From: an uncultured virus (IMG/VR IMGVR_UViG_3300006467_001879)
Lineage: Duplodnaviria; Heunggongvirae; Uroviricota; Caudoviricetes
Reading direction: 5' to 3' (one strand)
DNA length: 64,000 nucleotides
IMG/VR virus record: IMGVR_UViG_3300006467_001879
Shown: positions 9,520 through 20,640 of the stretch, piece after piece
How positions within the stretch are numbered: position 1 is the stretch's first letter
Layout of the letters: every line of letters begins with the position of its first letter
The notes under the pieces: generated by a model
What the model was told of the DNA's origin: nothing
What the model saw: the letters and a program-made list of their open reading frames with translations, nothing else
Databases searched by the model: none
Translations under genes and position numbers: made by a program

Positions 9520-12500
9520 TTATTCTAATCGTTTTCTCTGACTAAAATAACTGTTTCCTTTTTTTCGTTTATGATAAGTATTAACGGATCGTACCGGCAG
9601 TTTTTCTTCTTCAATATTTATATTTTCATATCGTATCATTTTGCTAACCTCTATGCTTATATAACCAAACTCTTCAACTACCTTTCCGTTTATCTGGTAA
9701 CAGCCTGCACCTCTGTATGGGTATCTTTCAGCTACCGAAGGAAAATGAACTGAATCAATCCAGCTTCCATTAATATCTATAAATGTTCCAAAGCTCATGT
9801 ATAAACCATCCTTTGTGGTTGTGCTTTTCAAATGAACTAAATAACCAACAATAGCAATATGTTTTCCCACTAAATTTTGTAATTCAATGGCAGTAAGGGT
9901 TTGTTCAGGTAAGTCTTTAAAAAGCGCAAACATATTAGTGCTAACCGTAAACCCGAATAGTTCTATTTCATCATACGCATCTTCCAACGGATGTCTCCAT
10001 AAGTCGGGTAGTTCAACCTTTTTAGGAATGATATCAAATAATCCCTTGGTGGGTTTAGATTTACCTTCTTCACCCATTAAAAAATGGGCATCCCAAAGTA
10101 GTTTCTTTTTATCATAGGATTCAAAATGAAAACACCCTGAACGTATTAATATAGTCAGTTGCTCCAAAGAAATGGCAACCCTATTGACAAAATCACGAAG
10201 AGACTTGAAATGGCCGTAGGTGTTTCTTTCATGTAATATATTTTTTGCAGTATTTATTTCCAAAGATTTTATTGCTCCTAATCCAATGTATATGGTTTTG
10301 TCATTAATGGAAAAATGATAATCTGAAATATTGATACAAGGCAATTGAACTGTTGCACCACACATTTTTGCTTCATGAATGTAAAATTGTCTTGAATAAA
10401 AACCGCCACCATTGTTTAGTACAGCCACCATAAACTCAAGAGGGTAGTAGGCTTTTAGATAAAGGCATTGATAGCTTTCTACTGCATAACTAGCAGAGTG
10501 ACCTTTCGCAAAAGCATATCCGGCAAAACTTTCAATTTGCCTCCAAACATCTTGTGTAAGTTCATCAGGATAATTTTTGTTTTTGCAATTAATAAAGAAC
10601 TTATTTTTTACTTCCTGAAACTCTTCTCTGGAACGAAACTTCCCACTCATTCCTCTTCTTAGAACATCTGCTTCGGCTAGTGTTAGACCGGCAAAATAAT
10701 GTGCCACTTTTATTACATCTTCTTGATACACCATTACTCCAAACGTATCGGGCATGATGTTATATAAAACGCTCAAGTTCTTCTTTGCCCACTCTCTTTT
10801 TGCAGGATGTCTATAACGTAAAATGTATTCTCTCATCATACCGCTTTGGGCAACACCAGGACGTATAACAGAACTAGCTGCTACCAGCCCCAAATAATCG
10901 TTTACCTGTAGTTTTTTGAGCAGCATACGCATGGCGGGAGATTCTACATAAAAGCAACCAATAGCGTTGGCATCTTTTAAAAGGGCGTTTGTTTTTTTAT
11001 CTTTTTTTAGTTTGGAAATATTATGAATATCAATGGTATTTCCGGTATTACTTTTTACAATAGAAAGGGTGTCTTTTACCTTTGCTAAACCTCTTTGGCC
11101 AAGAATATCAAATTTATATAAACCAATATCTTCAGCAGCATGCATATCAAACTGTACTGTAGGAAAACCTTTAGGAGGCATAAACGTTGCAGAGTAATGT
11201 TGTAGAGGTTTATCGCTAATTAATATACCACCCGCATGAACACTTAAATGGTTGGGAAAGCCATGAATCCGTTTGCTATATTTTAGTACAAGCTGACCAA
11301 TTTCATCAGCTTCATCAGGATTGTATTGAAGTTTTTTTATTTCATGTTCAGGTAATCCAAAAACCTTTCCTAATTCCCTTATACAGCCTTTAAATTGAAA
11401 CGTATTGTAAGTAGCCAAGAGCGCAACATTGGGAAAGTAATCAAATATAAATTTAGTAACGTCTTCACGTTCTTGCCAGGAAAAGTCAATATCAAAATCA
11501 GGAGGGTTTTGACGAAAAAGATTAATAAATCGCTCAAAATATAAATCTAGTTCTATGGGATCAACATCGGTTATTCTAAGCAGATAACTTAATATGCTAT
11601 TTGCCCCACTTCCTCTACCTACATAGAAGTAGTTTTTAGAGCGAGCATACTTTAAAATTTTCCATGCGATTAGAAAATAGGAAACAAACTTTTTCTGTTG
11701 TATGATTTTTAATTCTTTATCAATTCTATCAAAAATTTCATCGGTGATATTTTCATACCGATAAGGGAGGTTTTGGTAAACTAGTTTTTTGAGAAGTTTA
11801 AAGTCTAACTCTTCGGAAAGGGTATAACTCTTTTGATTGTTATGGTTATCTATATCGTTAAAAGTAAAATAAATGTTGCATAGACTTAATAATGTCTCTG
11901 CATTTTTAATAAGAAATTCATACCCTAAAAAATTCTCATATACTTCCTTTTTTTGAAGCATTATTTCATCAGGTGTAGTAAAACTACTTTTAGGTAACTG
12001 ACTTAACAAAGTGTTATGGTCAATGGCTCTTAAAAGCCGATGCGTATTGTGATCGTTTTTATTACTAAAGGTTACGGGTTGAAGAGCAACTAATTTTCTT
12101 GGGCTATCCATTAATGGATGATTTAATAATTTAATTAACTCACTTTGTTTTATCCCTACCCATTCATTTTCATTTAACCGATAATCTTTTTTGGAAGGAT
12201 TGAAAGGATAAACAATAAAAACGTTTGGTAGAGTAGGAGGGTAATCGGGAAAAGGAGTTTCGTCATGAAGATGTTGAGAAAGAAAACAATTTATGTGATA
12301 ATAACCTTCATTGTTTTGCGCTAATAAAATATATTTTAGTTCATCACCATTTCTTATTTCTACACCCACTTTAGGATTGATATTATGAATATGGGCAACC
12401 CTAACAAAATCTAAAACGGCTGAAGTTGTATTAATGTCAGTAAGGCAAAGTGAATCAATTTCATTTTTTTTTAGCCTCCTGAATTAATTTTTGAATGGAA

Positions 12501-12547
12501 AGAGTTCCATATTTTAAACTAAAGTATGTGTGACAATTTAAATACAT
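9520..12547 (-). CDS. dnaE2: Error-prone DNA polymerase III alpha (DnaE2-like), frameshifted at an A9 run near its 5' end
   Basis: True start MYLNCHTYFSLKYG at 12547, 1 bp after the dinB stop. Reads GCT AAA AAA AAA TGA; removing one A gives ...EAKKNEIDSLCLTDIN, in frame with the 949-aa ORF (GRGSGANS, PDFDIDF, KFDILG, GYAFAKGH). Confidence 0.9.
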
Positions 12548-12548
12548 A

Positions 12549-13760
12549 TTAAGCTCTTCGGTGTGCAGGAATGATAGGTGGCTCTCCGTTAAAGGGGTTG
12601 CTTCTTCCAATACCTCTTGAACCCATTCCAACAGCTAGTTTAACAGCATCTTGACCAAATCGATTTCTCACATGATCCAATGCTTGATATAAACGAATTA
12701 ATTTTTCATTGTCTTCAAATAAATTAATTTGATAGTGTCCACCCACTAGTCCTGAATATTTTACTCCAATTAATCTTACCAATACCCTTCTTTGATACAC
12801 CTCTTTAAATAATTCTTGCACCGTTAAAATTAAAGTATGGTCGGTAGAGGTGTAGGCAATTTTCCGTTGCTTGGAAACAGTTTGAAAATCAGAATACCTT
12901 ACCCTAACGCTAACGATGGAGGTAAGTTTATTTCCGTTTCTTAATTGATAGGCTAAATTTTCAGCCATGGCGGTAATTATGCTTTTAAGTTTATTTACAT
13001 CAATGGTGTCTTTTTCAAACGTTCTTTCAATAGAAATTGATTTACGCTCATGGTATGGTATAACCGGAGTGTTGTCTATCCCTTGACCTTTTTTCCATAT
13101 TGTAGCACCATTTTTACCAAGTGCCTTTTGCATCATTTCTAAAGGAATTTCTTGTAAAGTTTTAATGTACTTTACCCCCATATTTCTTAACCTTAAATAG
13201 GTCTGATCTCCCACCATCGGAATTTTCTTAACCAGAAGAGGGGAAAGAAATTCTTTTTCCTTTCCCTTTTCAATTTGACGATGGTTGTTTGGCTTTGCTT
13301 CACCGGTAGTTATCTTAGCCACAGTTTTACTAGTGCTTAGACCAAACGAAATGGGGAGACCAGTTTCCTTTAATATTGTTTCACGAATTGATTGAGCCCA
13401 TTGATAGCAACCAAAAAAATGATCCATTCCGGATACATCAATATAAAATTCGTCAATAGATGCTTTTTCAAATAACGGTGATCTATCTTTTATTACTTCA
13501 GTAACTAGTTTACTGTATTTACTATAAATGCCGCTATTTCCTTGTATAAAAACAGCTTCAGGACAAAGTGTTTTAGCCAACTTCATTGGCATGGCAGAAT
13601 GTACTCCAAAAGTTCTAGCCTCATAGCTACAACTTGCCACAACACCTCTATCAGATAGCCCACCAATTATCACCGGACGACCATTTAAACTGCTGTCTGC
13701 AAGTCTTTCACAAGAGACAAAAAAGGTGTCGAGATCCATATGAACAATCGATTTATTCAT
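12549..13760 (-). CDS. dinB: DNA polymerase IV (Y family)
   Basis: HMDLDTFFVS, SYEARTFGVHSAMP and SIDEFYID motifs. Confidence 0.95.
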   Translation of the reverse strand: MNKSIVHMDLDTFFVSCERLADSSLNGRPVIIGGLSDRGVVASCSYEARTFGVHSAMPMKLAKTLCPEAVFIQGNSGIYSKYSKLVTEVIKDRSPLFEKASIDEFYIDVSGMDHFFGCYQWAQSIRETILKETGLPISFGLSTSKTVAKITTGEAKPNNHRQIEKGKEKEFLSPLLVKKIPMVGDQTYLRLRNMGVKYIKTLQEIPLEMMQKALGKNGATIWKKGQGIDNTPVIPYHERKSISIERTFEKDTIDVNKLKSIITAMAENLAYQLRNGNKLTSIVSVRVRYSDFQTVSKQRKIAYTSTDHTLILTVQELFKEVYQRRVLVRLIGVKYSGLVGGHYQINLFEDNEKLIRLYQALDHVRNRFGQDAVKLAVGMGSRGIGRSNPFNGEPPIIPAHRRA

Positions 13761-13848
13761 TTAATTGTTTGAAAAATTTGGATTATAAATTTGATTAGGC
13801 TAATTTAGTTGAATAATTAATCACTTGTTGTTTAAAAAATAATCAATC

Positions 13849-14646
13849 ATGAATTTTGCCCAAAACATAAGGTATCTGAGAGCAAAAAAAGAATTATCTC
13901 AAGAGAAGTTAGGAATGGAATTGTCTATTACCAGAAATCAAGTGGCTTCTTATGAAAGTGAGAAAGCAGATCCATCGATAGAAACACTTATTAAGTTTTC
14001 TGAGTTTTTTAAGTTGCCTATTGATGCTTTGGTTAAATCTGACTTAACAAAGGGCAAAGAAAATTCATTTATTGATATAGGTAATCATAGAGTTTTGTTT
14101 CCTATACAAATAGATGAACATAATAATAATGTGGTGGAAGTCGTTAATAAGGAAGCATCGGCAGGATATTTAAATGGATATTCCGATACTGAGTTTATAG
14201 CACAATTACCAATTATGAATTTACCTTTTTTACCTACCGGCAAACACAGAGCCTTTAAAATTAAAGGAGACTCCATGTCACCATGGGTAAATGATGGTGA
14301 CTATGTTATTGGAGAATATGTAGAGAATTTTCAAGAAGTTCGGAATAATGCCTGTTATGTAATACTCACTAAGAATGACGGATTGGTTTACAAGCGAATA
14401 ATTAATGCTAATATAAAAGAAGGATTTGTTACGCTTTCCTCAGATAATAAAACCTATCATCCTTACCAAATTCACCTTTCGGATGTTTTAGAAATTTGGG
14501 GCTTTAAATTGAACTTACGAATTGGACAATACAAAGAGGATGAACTTAACCCGATTCATCTTTTAAATTTAATGAGAAGTGTAGGAATTGAACTCAAAGA
14601 CTTAAAAGAAAAGTATTCCAGAATAGAAACTAAACTGGCCAATTAA
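13849..14646 (+). CDS. XRE-HTH plus S24 peptidase (LexA/CI-like) repressor
   Basis: N-terminal HTH, ASAGY cleavage-site motif, GDSM serine, YKR lysine; divergent from dinB. Confidence 0.9.
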   Translation: MNFAQNIRYLRAKKELSQEKLGMELSITRNQVASYESEKADPSIETLIKFSEFFKLPIDALVKSDLTKGKENSFIDIGNHRVLFPIQIDEHNNNVVEVVNKEASAGYLNGYSDTEFIAQLPIMNLPFLPTGKHRAFKIKGDSMSPWVNDGDYVIGEYVENFQEVRNNACYVILTKNDGLVYKRIINANIKEGFVTLSSDNKTYHPYQIHLSDVLEIWGFKLNLRIGQYKEDELNPIHLLNLMRSVGIELKDLKEKYSRIETKLAN

Positions 14647-14648
14647 AA

Positions 14649-16025
14649 TTGGAGTTTGCGATTATTGATATAGAAACCAGTGGATTTCGTCACACAGAAA
14701 ATAAAATTACTGAAATCTCTGTTTTCATTCATGATGGCGAAAAGGTAATCGATGAAATTACCACACTTATAAACCCTGAATGCTCTATTCCCTATCAAAT
14801 TACATCCTTAACAGGCATTACCAATTCAATGGTTAAAGATGCTCCCAAGTTTTTTGAAATTGCAAAGAAATTAGAAGAAATAACAAGAGATAGAATATTT
14901 GTAGCACATAGTGTTAATTTTGATTTCGGAGTTATCTCTAAAGAGTTTAAAGACCTTGGCGGAGTTTTCAAAAGAAAAAAGCTGTGTACCATTAGGCTTT
15001 CAAAAAAAATATTTCCCGGATTGAAATCATATAGTTTAGGAAACCTTTGTTCATCCTTGAATATTCCCATTTCAGACAGACATAGAGCAAGAGGTGACGC
15101 CAAAGCCACCGTTGAATTGTTTGAACGAATACTTGAAAAGGATAAGGAGCAGGAGGTAATAGATTCATTTTTGAATCCAAGAAACCAACATGGAACATTG
15201 CCACCAAATATTTCAAAAGAAACGATAACCAATTTACCTGAAACACCTGGAGTTTATTACTTCTACAATAAAGAAGGTAAAATTATTTATATCGGAAAGG
15301 CTAAAAATATTAAAAGTAGAGTTATTAGTCACTTCCGAGATAAGGCAGCAAAAGAGCAAAGAATGACCTTGCAAGTAGAAGCCATTTCATTTGAAGAAAC
15401 CGGGAGCGAGCTTATAGCATTATTAAAAGAATCCGCTGAAATAAAACACCACTATCCGTTATTCAACAGAGCACAAAAACGAATAAATGAGAGTATTGGG
15501 TTGACCTGCTACGAAGATAGAAGAGGAGTGAAACGCATTTGTTTTAATAAGTTAAAATTAATTCAAAACCCGTTAGCGAAATTTTATTCAGAAAGAGAAG
15601 CTAGATTGTTTATTGAAAGACTAATTTCAGAATTTGAATTATGTCCAAAATATTGTCATATTGAAAGAGTTACTACTCAGGCTTGTTTTAGCTATCAATT
15701 AAACAAATGCAAAGGGGTTTGTTGTAATAAAGAGGATTTAACTAGCTATAATAAACGAGTGGAAAAGGCACTTGCTTCGGTTAATCTTAACCTAGATACT
15801 GTGGTGATAAAAACACCTGGTAAAACTGACCAGGAAGAGGCAATTGTGTTTATTAAAAACGGTATTTATAAGGGATACGGTTTTGTAAATAATTCAGTGC
15901 AAACGGATAATCCAAAATTAATTGAGAAGAACATTCTGGAACAAAAGGATAATAGAGATATTCAACGGATACTTAATTATTACTTAAATCATCATAACGA
16001 TTTTAAAGTAATCCCTTTAAACTAA
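14649..16025 (+). CDS. DEDDh 3'-5' exonuclease fused to a GIY-YIG (Cho/UvrC-like) endonuclease
   Basis: IIDIETSG, AHSVNFD, HRARGDA; PGVYYF...IYIGKAKNIKSRV. Confidence 0.9.
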   Translation: MEFAIIDIETSGFRHTENKITEISVFIHDGEKVIDEITTLINPECSIPYQITSLTGITNSMVKDAPKFFEIAKKLEEITRDRIFVAHSVNFDFGVISKEFKDLGGVFKRKKLCTIRLSKKIFPGLKSYSLGNLCSSLNIPISDRHRARGDAKATVELFERILEKDKEQEVIDSFLNPRNQHGTLPPNISKETITNLPETPGVYYFYNKEGKIIYIGKAKNIKSRVISHFRDKAAKEQRMTLQVEAISFEETGSELIALLKESAEIKHHYPLFNRAQKRINESIGLTCYEDRRGVKRICFNKLKLIQNPLAKFYSEREARLFIERLISEFELCPKYCHIERVTTQACFSYQLNKCKGVCCNKEDLTSYNKRVEKALASVNLNLDTVVIKTPGKTDQEEAIVFIKNGIYKGYGFVNNSVQTDNPKLIEKNILEQKDNRDIQRILNYYLNHHNDFKVIPLN

Positions 16026-16302
16026 GTTGTTCGGTATAAGGTTGTAGTCGTTTCTTGTCGTTTTGAATAACGTCAAAGTCCAGCATTTTAAGGTCATCAT
16101 TATACGAAACCTCAATAAAAAAGTCTCCGATACCATATAAGTCAAATTTTTTTGTGTCCTTCATTCTGGTACCCATAAATATAGCATGATCCCAGATTAA
16201 TTTAGATTGTTTTTCATAGGGCATCATTTTAAAATCCAAAACATCCATTCTATAGAACTCCAGAGGGTGCATAAAATATTTTAGTATATTCGGTTTATCC
16301 AA
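16003..16302 (-). CDS. Hypothetical protein
   Basis: ORF with LYGIGDFFIEVSY; the true start may be a downstream Met. Confidence 0.5.
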   Translation of the reverse strand: MDKPNILKYFMHPLEFYRMDVLDFKMMPYEKQSKLIWDHAIFMGTRMKDTKKFDLYGIGDFFIEVSYNDDLKMLDFDVIQNDKKRLQPYTEQLSLKGLL

Positions 16303-16319
16303 ATATATAAAACTTATTT

Positions 16320-17096
16320 ATGTGTTACGACATTAAAACTAGTTTGAAAAATCAATTGAAACGTGCAATTCAAAATTGCGATATTGAACAGATAAAAGAA
16401 ATAGAAGAAAAACTAAAGCCACTTTTAGAGGAGGAGAATTATCATATATCGGGTTTTTCGCATGCTAAATCGGTTATTTACACAACACAAAAACCTTTTT
16501 ACCCTACGCTTGCTATTTGGGGATTGATTCCTGCTTGGTCTAAGGATAAGGAGTCCGCTACTAAGTTTTGGAATAATACGTTAAATGCCAGGGGCGAAAC
16601 TATTTTTGACAAACCTTCTTTTAGAACATCAGCAAAATCAAAAAGGTGTGTTTGTTATGTTGATGGATTTTTTGAGCATCATCATTACAATGGAAGCACC
16701 TATCCGTTTTACATATTCAAAAAGGATAATGAGCCAATGCCTTTAGCAGGTTTGTGGGAAGAGTGGGTTGATAAATCTACAGGAGAAATATTAAAAACTT
16801 TTACCATAGTAACTACAAAAGGTAACGACCTTTTGGCCAAAATTCATAATAATCCAAAATTAAAAGAGCCAAGAATGCCGGTGATACTTAATAATAAAGA
16901 TGTAGAAGATTGGCTTAACCCTGATGAAAGGCAAGACTTAAAATCAAAAATTCAAGAATTAATAAAACCATTTCCTCAAGATGAGTTGAGTGCTTTTACG
17001 GTTAGAAAGCTAAGAGGAAAAGAAGCTGTAGGGAATATCCCTGATGCAATAATAGAGCATAAATATGAAGAATTAAAAGTTGAGCCATTGATATAG
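16320..17096 (+). CDS. SOS response-associated peptidase (SRAP/YedK family)
   Basis: N-terminal MC, WGLIP, NARGET, GFFE, H..RMPVIL. Confidence 0.92.
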   Translation: MCYDIKTSLKNQLKRAIQNCDIEQIKEIEEKLKPLLEEENYHISGFSHAKSVIYTTQKPFYPTLAIWGLIPAWSKDKESATKFWNNTLNARGETIFDKPSFRTSAKSKRCVCYVDGFFEHHHYNGSTYPFYIFKKDNEPMPLAGLWEEWVDKSTGEILKTFTIVTTKGNDLLAKIHNNPKLKEPRMPVILNNKDVEDWLNPDERQDLKSKIQELIKPFPQDELSAFTVRKLRGKEAVGNIPDAIIEHKYEELKVEPLI

Positions 17097-17380
17097 GTTT
17101 AAGGCTTGGTTAATCCAAGTGGTATATTTTTTTATGTCACTTCATTGTCAGCTTACCGTAAGGATTATATTATTTGCAAACGTACAAATCAGCTTTATAA
17201 TTAGAGTCTTTTTATTTTTTAGCTAATGATTGATTTGGACATGAATAAAGACTAGTAATCCAAGTATTAAAATTGAATAAAATATTATAATGGTAAACCA
17301 GGAATAGGTTTTATCATTTTCTTTAGGATCGTTTGATCTGAAAATTAAATTTATAAATGAAGAAAGAAGTTCTCGCATAA

Positions 17381-17411
17381 AATTTAGCCCATCTTAATAA
17401 TGGGCTAAATT
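17381..17411. terminator. Intrinsic terminator hairpin
   Basis: AATTTAGCCCAT-N7-ATGGGCTAAATT just past the 17421 stop. Confidence 0.65.
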
Positions 17412-17420
17412 AAGAAATCA

Positions 17421-17982
17421 TTATTTTGTACTTACACTTTCCAATTCAGCAATGGTGAAATTTTTCCATTCCGGGTGCTCTTTCAATGCAAATTTTTTAA
17501 CTAATGCAGACTTAAATGTAAATGTTACGATACTATTCCAATAGGCAGGATTCCCGGAATTTACATATGTGGAGTAAACCCAACAACTTCCTTGTAAATC
17601 ATCGTATTCTCCCCAAAGAATTGCATCATTTCCTACTGAAAAGGGAAGAGGAGACCAGTAGCTAACATTATTATAATAATTGCTTAATACTTCTATTATA
17701 ATAATATCTCCGGATTCCTTTTTAAAGGCCGGATTCCTTTTTAAAGGTTGGAACATGATAATCAAACCAAATTGATGGTCCAAATGACAATGTAAATGTT
17801 TCAGTAAATACTGATTGTTTATTCGGTTCTTTAGGAAGGTCACTAGGTAGAATACAACTACCATCGTCTTTTTTTGCTTTAGATAAGTAATTAAGAGCAT
17901 TTGTATCTGTACAGCCGCATTTAATACAGGATGTATTAATGATCACCCCTATGAAACACAGTATTAATAAGAATTCATTCAT
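17421..17982 (-). pseudogene. Lipoprotein (paralog of 5228-5701) frameshifted by a 19-bp tandem duplication
   Basis: MNEFLLILC..TSC..GCTDTNALNY in one frame and WSPLPF in another. CCGGATTCCTTTTTAAAGG is repeated at 17710-17728 and 17729-17747; removing one copy joins the frames. Confidence 0.85.
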
Positions 17983-18135
17983 AAAGGAAGATTTAAATTT
18001 TAAACTAAAATTCCTTAAAAAAATCAAAAAAAGGGAAGAAAAAACAGAATAAAAAGTAAAATTTAAGAACAATAAGTAAATTAAATTTGAATAAAAATGT
18101 CTGTATTGTTTAATAAAATTGATGTTTAATGTTAA

Positions 18136-18386
18136 ATGAAAGATGTCAATATTGGAAGCCTTTTAATCTTAATATTACTCAGTTTAGTATGGCCTAAGCA
18201 GAATCTGTACGTATAATTAACAATATAGCTGAAAATAACCATTCATTAATTCGAAGAGAATTTGTTGATACTAATTTACTCCCGAATATCAGTAATGTGT
18301 TGAATTACATTTTTTTTAAGACGTTTAGTAACCTTAAGCAAGTTGAGAAAGATCTTAATAGTAGAAGTATCTATGTTGCGGAATAA
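18136..18386 (+). pseudogene. Degenerate XRE HTH gene (paralog of 4864-5115)
   Basis: MKDVNIGSLL.../MA*AESVRIINN...RREFVDTNLLPNISNVLNYIFFKTFSNLKQVEKDLNSRSIYVAE* aligns by eye to the 83-aa HTH; one frameshift and one stop. Confidence 0.8.
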
Positions 18387-18396
18387 TCGTCAAATT

Positions 18397-18615
18397 CTAA
18401 GGTAATGAATTTATTTTTTCATTTTCATTGAGCTTCTTATTAGCGTTAAAAAGCATTGTATAGATAATGACACTGACTATTCCGGTAATTGTCAAAGCAA
18501 TCATCAATTTATTATTCTTGGTAATTAAATCAGAATTTCTAGACTTGTAAAAAGACAAGTCTTTTTCATTAAAGGGTAAGGAGCCCAATGATTCGGCATC
18601 AATAATATTTGTCAT
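18397..18615 (-). CDS. Small membrane protein
   Basis: Single TM segment; overlaps the upstream ORF by 4 bp. Confidence 0.55.
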   Translation of the reverse strand: MTNIIDAESLGSLPFNEKDLSFYKSRNSDLITKNNKLMIALTITGIVSVIIYTMLFNANKKLNENEKINSLP

Positions 18616-19001
18616 AGTTTAATAAGTTTAATATTTAAATTATCATGTTGAATAAACCCGAAATGGTAAATGCATTTTAAAGTTAGTCCATTGTAATACA
18701 CTGTGTGTGTAATGTAACCAAAATTAAACCCTTTTCCAAGTAAGAACTCCTTTGATTTTATTACCATCTTTTCTTCTTTTAGAAGTTCCTCCAATATTTT
18801 TCGGTTTTTTTCTAAATGACTATCTACTGCTTTCTTTCTATCTCTTAGTTCTTTAGCTTTTTTATTATGAAAGGCTATGCGATTAGCAACCGATTCAAAT
18901 TTTTGATTCGACCGTTTCGGATTAAATTGTGTTAATGTATATGGATCTGTTTTCATGTATATTTTTATGCCTAAATTCGTTTTAAAACCTTTTAATGACA
19001 A
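18612..19001 (-). CDS. Hypothetical protein
   Basis: KNRKILEELL...FLLGKGFNFGYITH...YHFGF; start uncertain. Confidence 0.6.
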   Translation of the reverse strand: MSLKGFKTNLGIKIYMKTDPYTLTQFNPKRSNQKFESVANRIAFHNKKAKELRDRKKAVDSHLEKNRKILEELLKEEKMVIKSKEFLLGKGFNFGYITHTVYYNGLTLKCIYHFGFIQHDNLNIKLIKL

Positions 19002-19237
19002 TTTTCTGATATAATGAATAATTCTGAACCCAGTTGAATATAAAAATGGTGTGTAGAAGAATTTTAAATTTAAAATCAGACCTTTTTTTATTGGTTTATT
19101 AAAAAATGATTAAAATATTTCGATAAACTTTCACATAGTTATTAGCTATTAGTTCTTTTTAATATAAGAGGAAAATTTTTCCATCAATGTTAGTTGAGTC
19201 ACGGTTTAAAAAGATATACGGAATGAGTTTTAGATTA

Positions 19238-20005
19238 TTAATTCCACTTTGTGGGTCTTATCGTATCTGGTAAGCGTTTATAAACACGATCTTTTACAAA
19301 ATACGTATAATTGTCGGCCAATGTCCTTTTAGCTCTGGAGTCAACAGTAATTGGACGGTCAATCATTGGGATATGGTTTGTCCTGATTTCTATTAATCCT
19401 TCTTGCTTAGCTGCTTTTTTAAGAATACGAACTTGATCGTAGTTTATGTCATATAATTTACTGATTCCTTTTATTGACATAGGTTTAAATAGCAAAGGGT
19501 CAATTTTTTTTAAGAACCCTTTCCTCTTGCCATGTTCTTTTTTTATGCCAAGAGGATATTTGGGTTCTATTAATATTTTGTTTCCGAAATAATTGTTTCT
19601 ATAGCAGGTACTGCGATGGACATATTTAAATAAGTAACCTCCGATATAAGCATCTAATTTATTGATTTTATACCTGTCAAATGGGTGTTTTCTATTTCTA
19701 AATTTGTCGTAATGACTTACTTTATTTGTACTAACTATTATATAAGTTTTACCGGTTTTGGGGTTTTTTCGAATCCAGTTCTGTTTTTCTAATATTTTTA
19801 AATTTCTTTGAATTGTTTTTATTGATTTAAGTTGTAAAAATGATTTTATTTCATTCTTTACTCTATCATCTATTTTTATTTCGCCTTCATATAAACATTT
19901 AAGAGCCAAATAAACTTTTAGTGGTGTTTTCAATTTTTCATTTATAGCCAAAATAAGTACATTAAGACTAACAAGAATAAACTGTTTTTTAATAGGTTTT
20001 TTCAT
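19238..20005 (-). CDS. Basic winged-helix protein, possible replication protein
   Basis: SIKTIQRNLKILEKQNWI wHTH-like segment; follows two excisionase-like genes. Confidence 0.45.
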   Translation of the reverse strand: MKKPIKKQFILVSLNVLILAINEKLKTPLKVYLALKCLYEGEIKIDDRVKNEIKSFLQLKSIKTIQRNLKILEKQNWIRKNPKTGKTYIIVSTNKVSHYDKFRNRKHPFDRYKINKLDAYIGGYLFKYVHRSTCYRNNYFGNKILIEPKYPLGIKKEHGKRKGFLKKIDPLLFKPMSIKGISKLYDINYDQVRILKKAAKQEGLIEIRTNHIPMIDRPITVDSRAKRTLADNYTYFVKDRVYKRLPDTIRPTKWN

Positions 20006-20009
20006 TATT

Positions 20010-20210
20010 TTATCTTTTTTCTACCCTATTTTTTTCGAGAAGCTCAATTATTGATTTAATATCATAAAATATCTTCCGGCCAATTTTGGAATAAGCCAAA
20101 TAACCGTTCTTTCTGAAATAATACAATGTAGTATTCTGACAACCAAGAATTTTCATTGTTTCTTTCGAGTTAAGGTAACCTCCAATATTATTTTGTTCAA
20201 AACTGTTCAT
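20010..20210 (-). CDS. Excisionase-like HTH (HTH_17)
   Basis: YLNSKETMKILG...TLYYFRKNG.LAYSKIGRKIFY. Confidence 0.85.
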   Translation of the reverse strand: MNSFEQNNIGGYLNSKETMKILGCQNTTLYYFRKNGYLAYSKIGRKIFYDIKSIIELLEKNRVEKR

Positions 20211-20488
20211 TTAGGGATATTCCTTATTTCATGAGAGCTTATATAAACTCGTTTACCTATTCTTTTAGAAGTTAATAGTCCTGTTTTACACCATTTACTT
20301 ATAGTTTGCCTGGAAACTTTAAGTTCTTTGCTCGCCTCAGCTATAGACAATGGTTTGTCTTCTTGGGATTGCTTTAAATTATTAGAATTATTACGACTAA
20401 GCTCTCTAATTATTTCTTCTTTAAACAAACTAAGTTTCTCATCCATTAATTGGGATAGATCATTCTTATCTAAAACTGTTACCATCAT
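20207..20488 (-). CDS. Excisionase-like HTH (HTH_17)
   Basis: LSIAEASKELKVSRQTISKWCKTGLL..KRIGKRVYI. Confidence 0.85.
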   Translation of the reverse strand: MMVTVLDKNDLSQLMDEKLSLFKEEIIRELSRNNSNNLKQSQEDKPLSIAEASKELKVSRQTISKWCKTGLLTSKRIGKRVYISSHEIRNIPK

Positions 20489-20640
20489 ATAAAAGTTTTA
20501 GCAATGTTAATCTTGTATAGCGGTTTCAAAAAATATTTTGACGTTCAAATACCTAATTATACCTAATTATACCTTTAAGAATAAGGTCTATTTTATTCCA
20601 ATTTGAAAGAATTTACTTAATATAAGAAATATAGTAGTAA

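Noticed and set aside
17421..18072. Two separate genes 17421-17900 and 17722-18072
   Set aside because: They are halves of one lipoprotein gene split by the 19-bp duplication.
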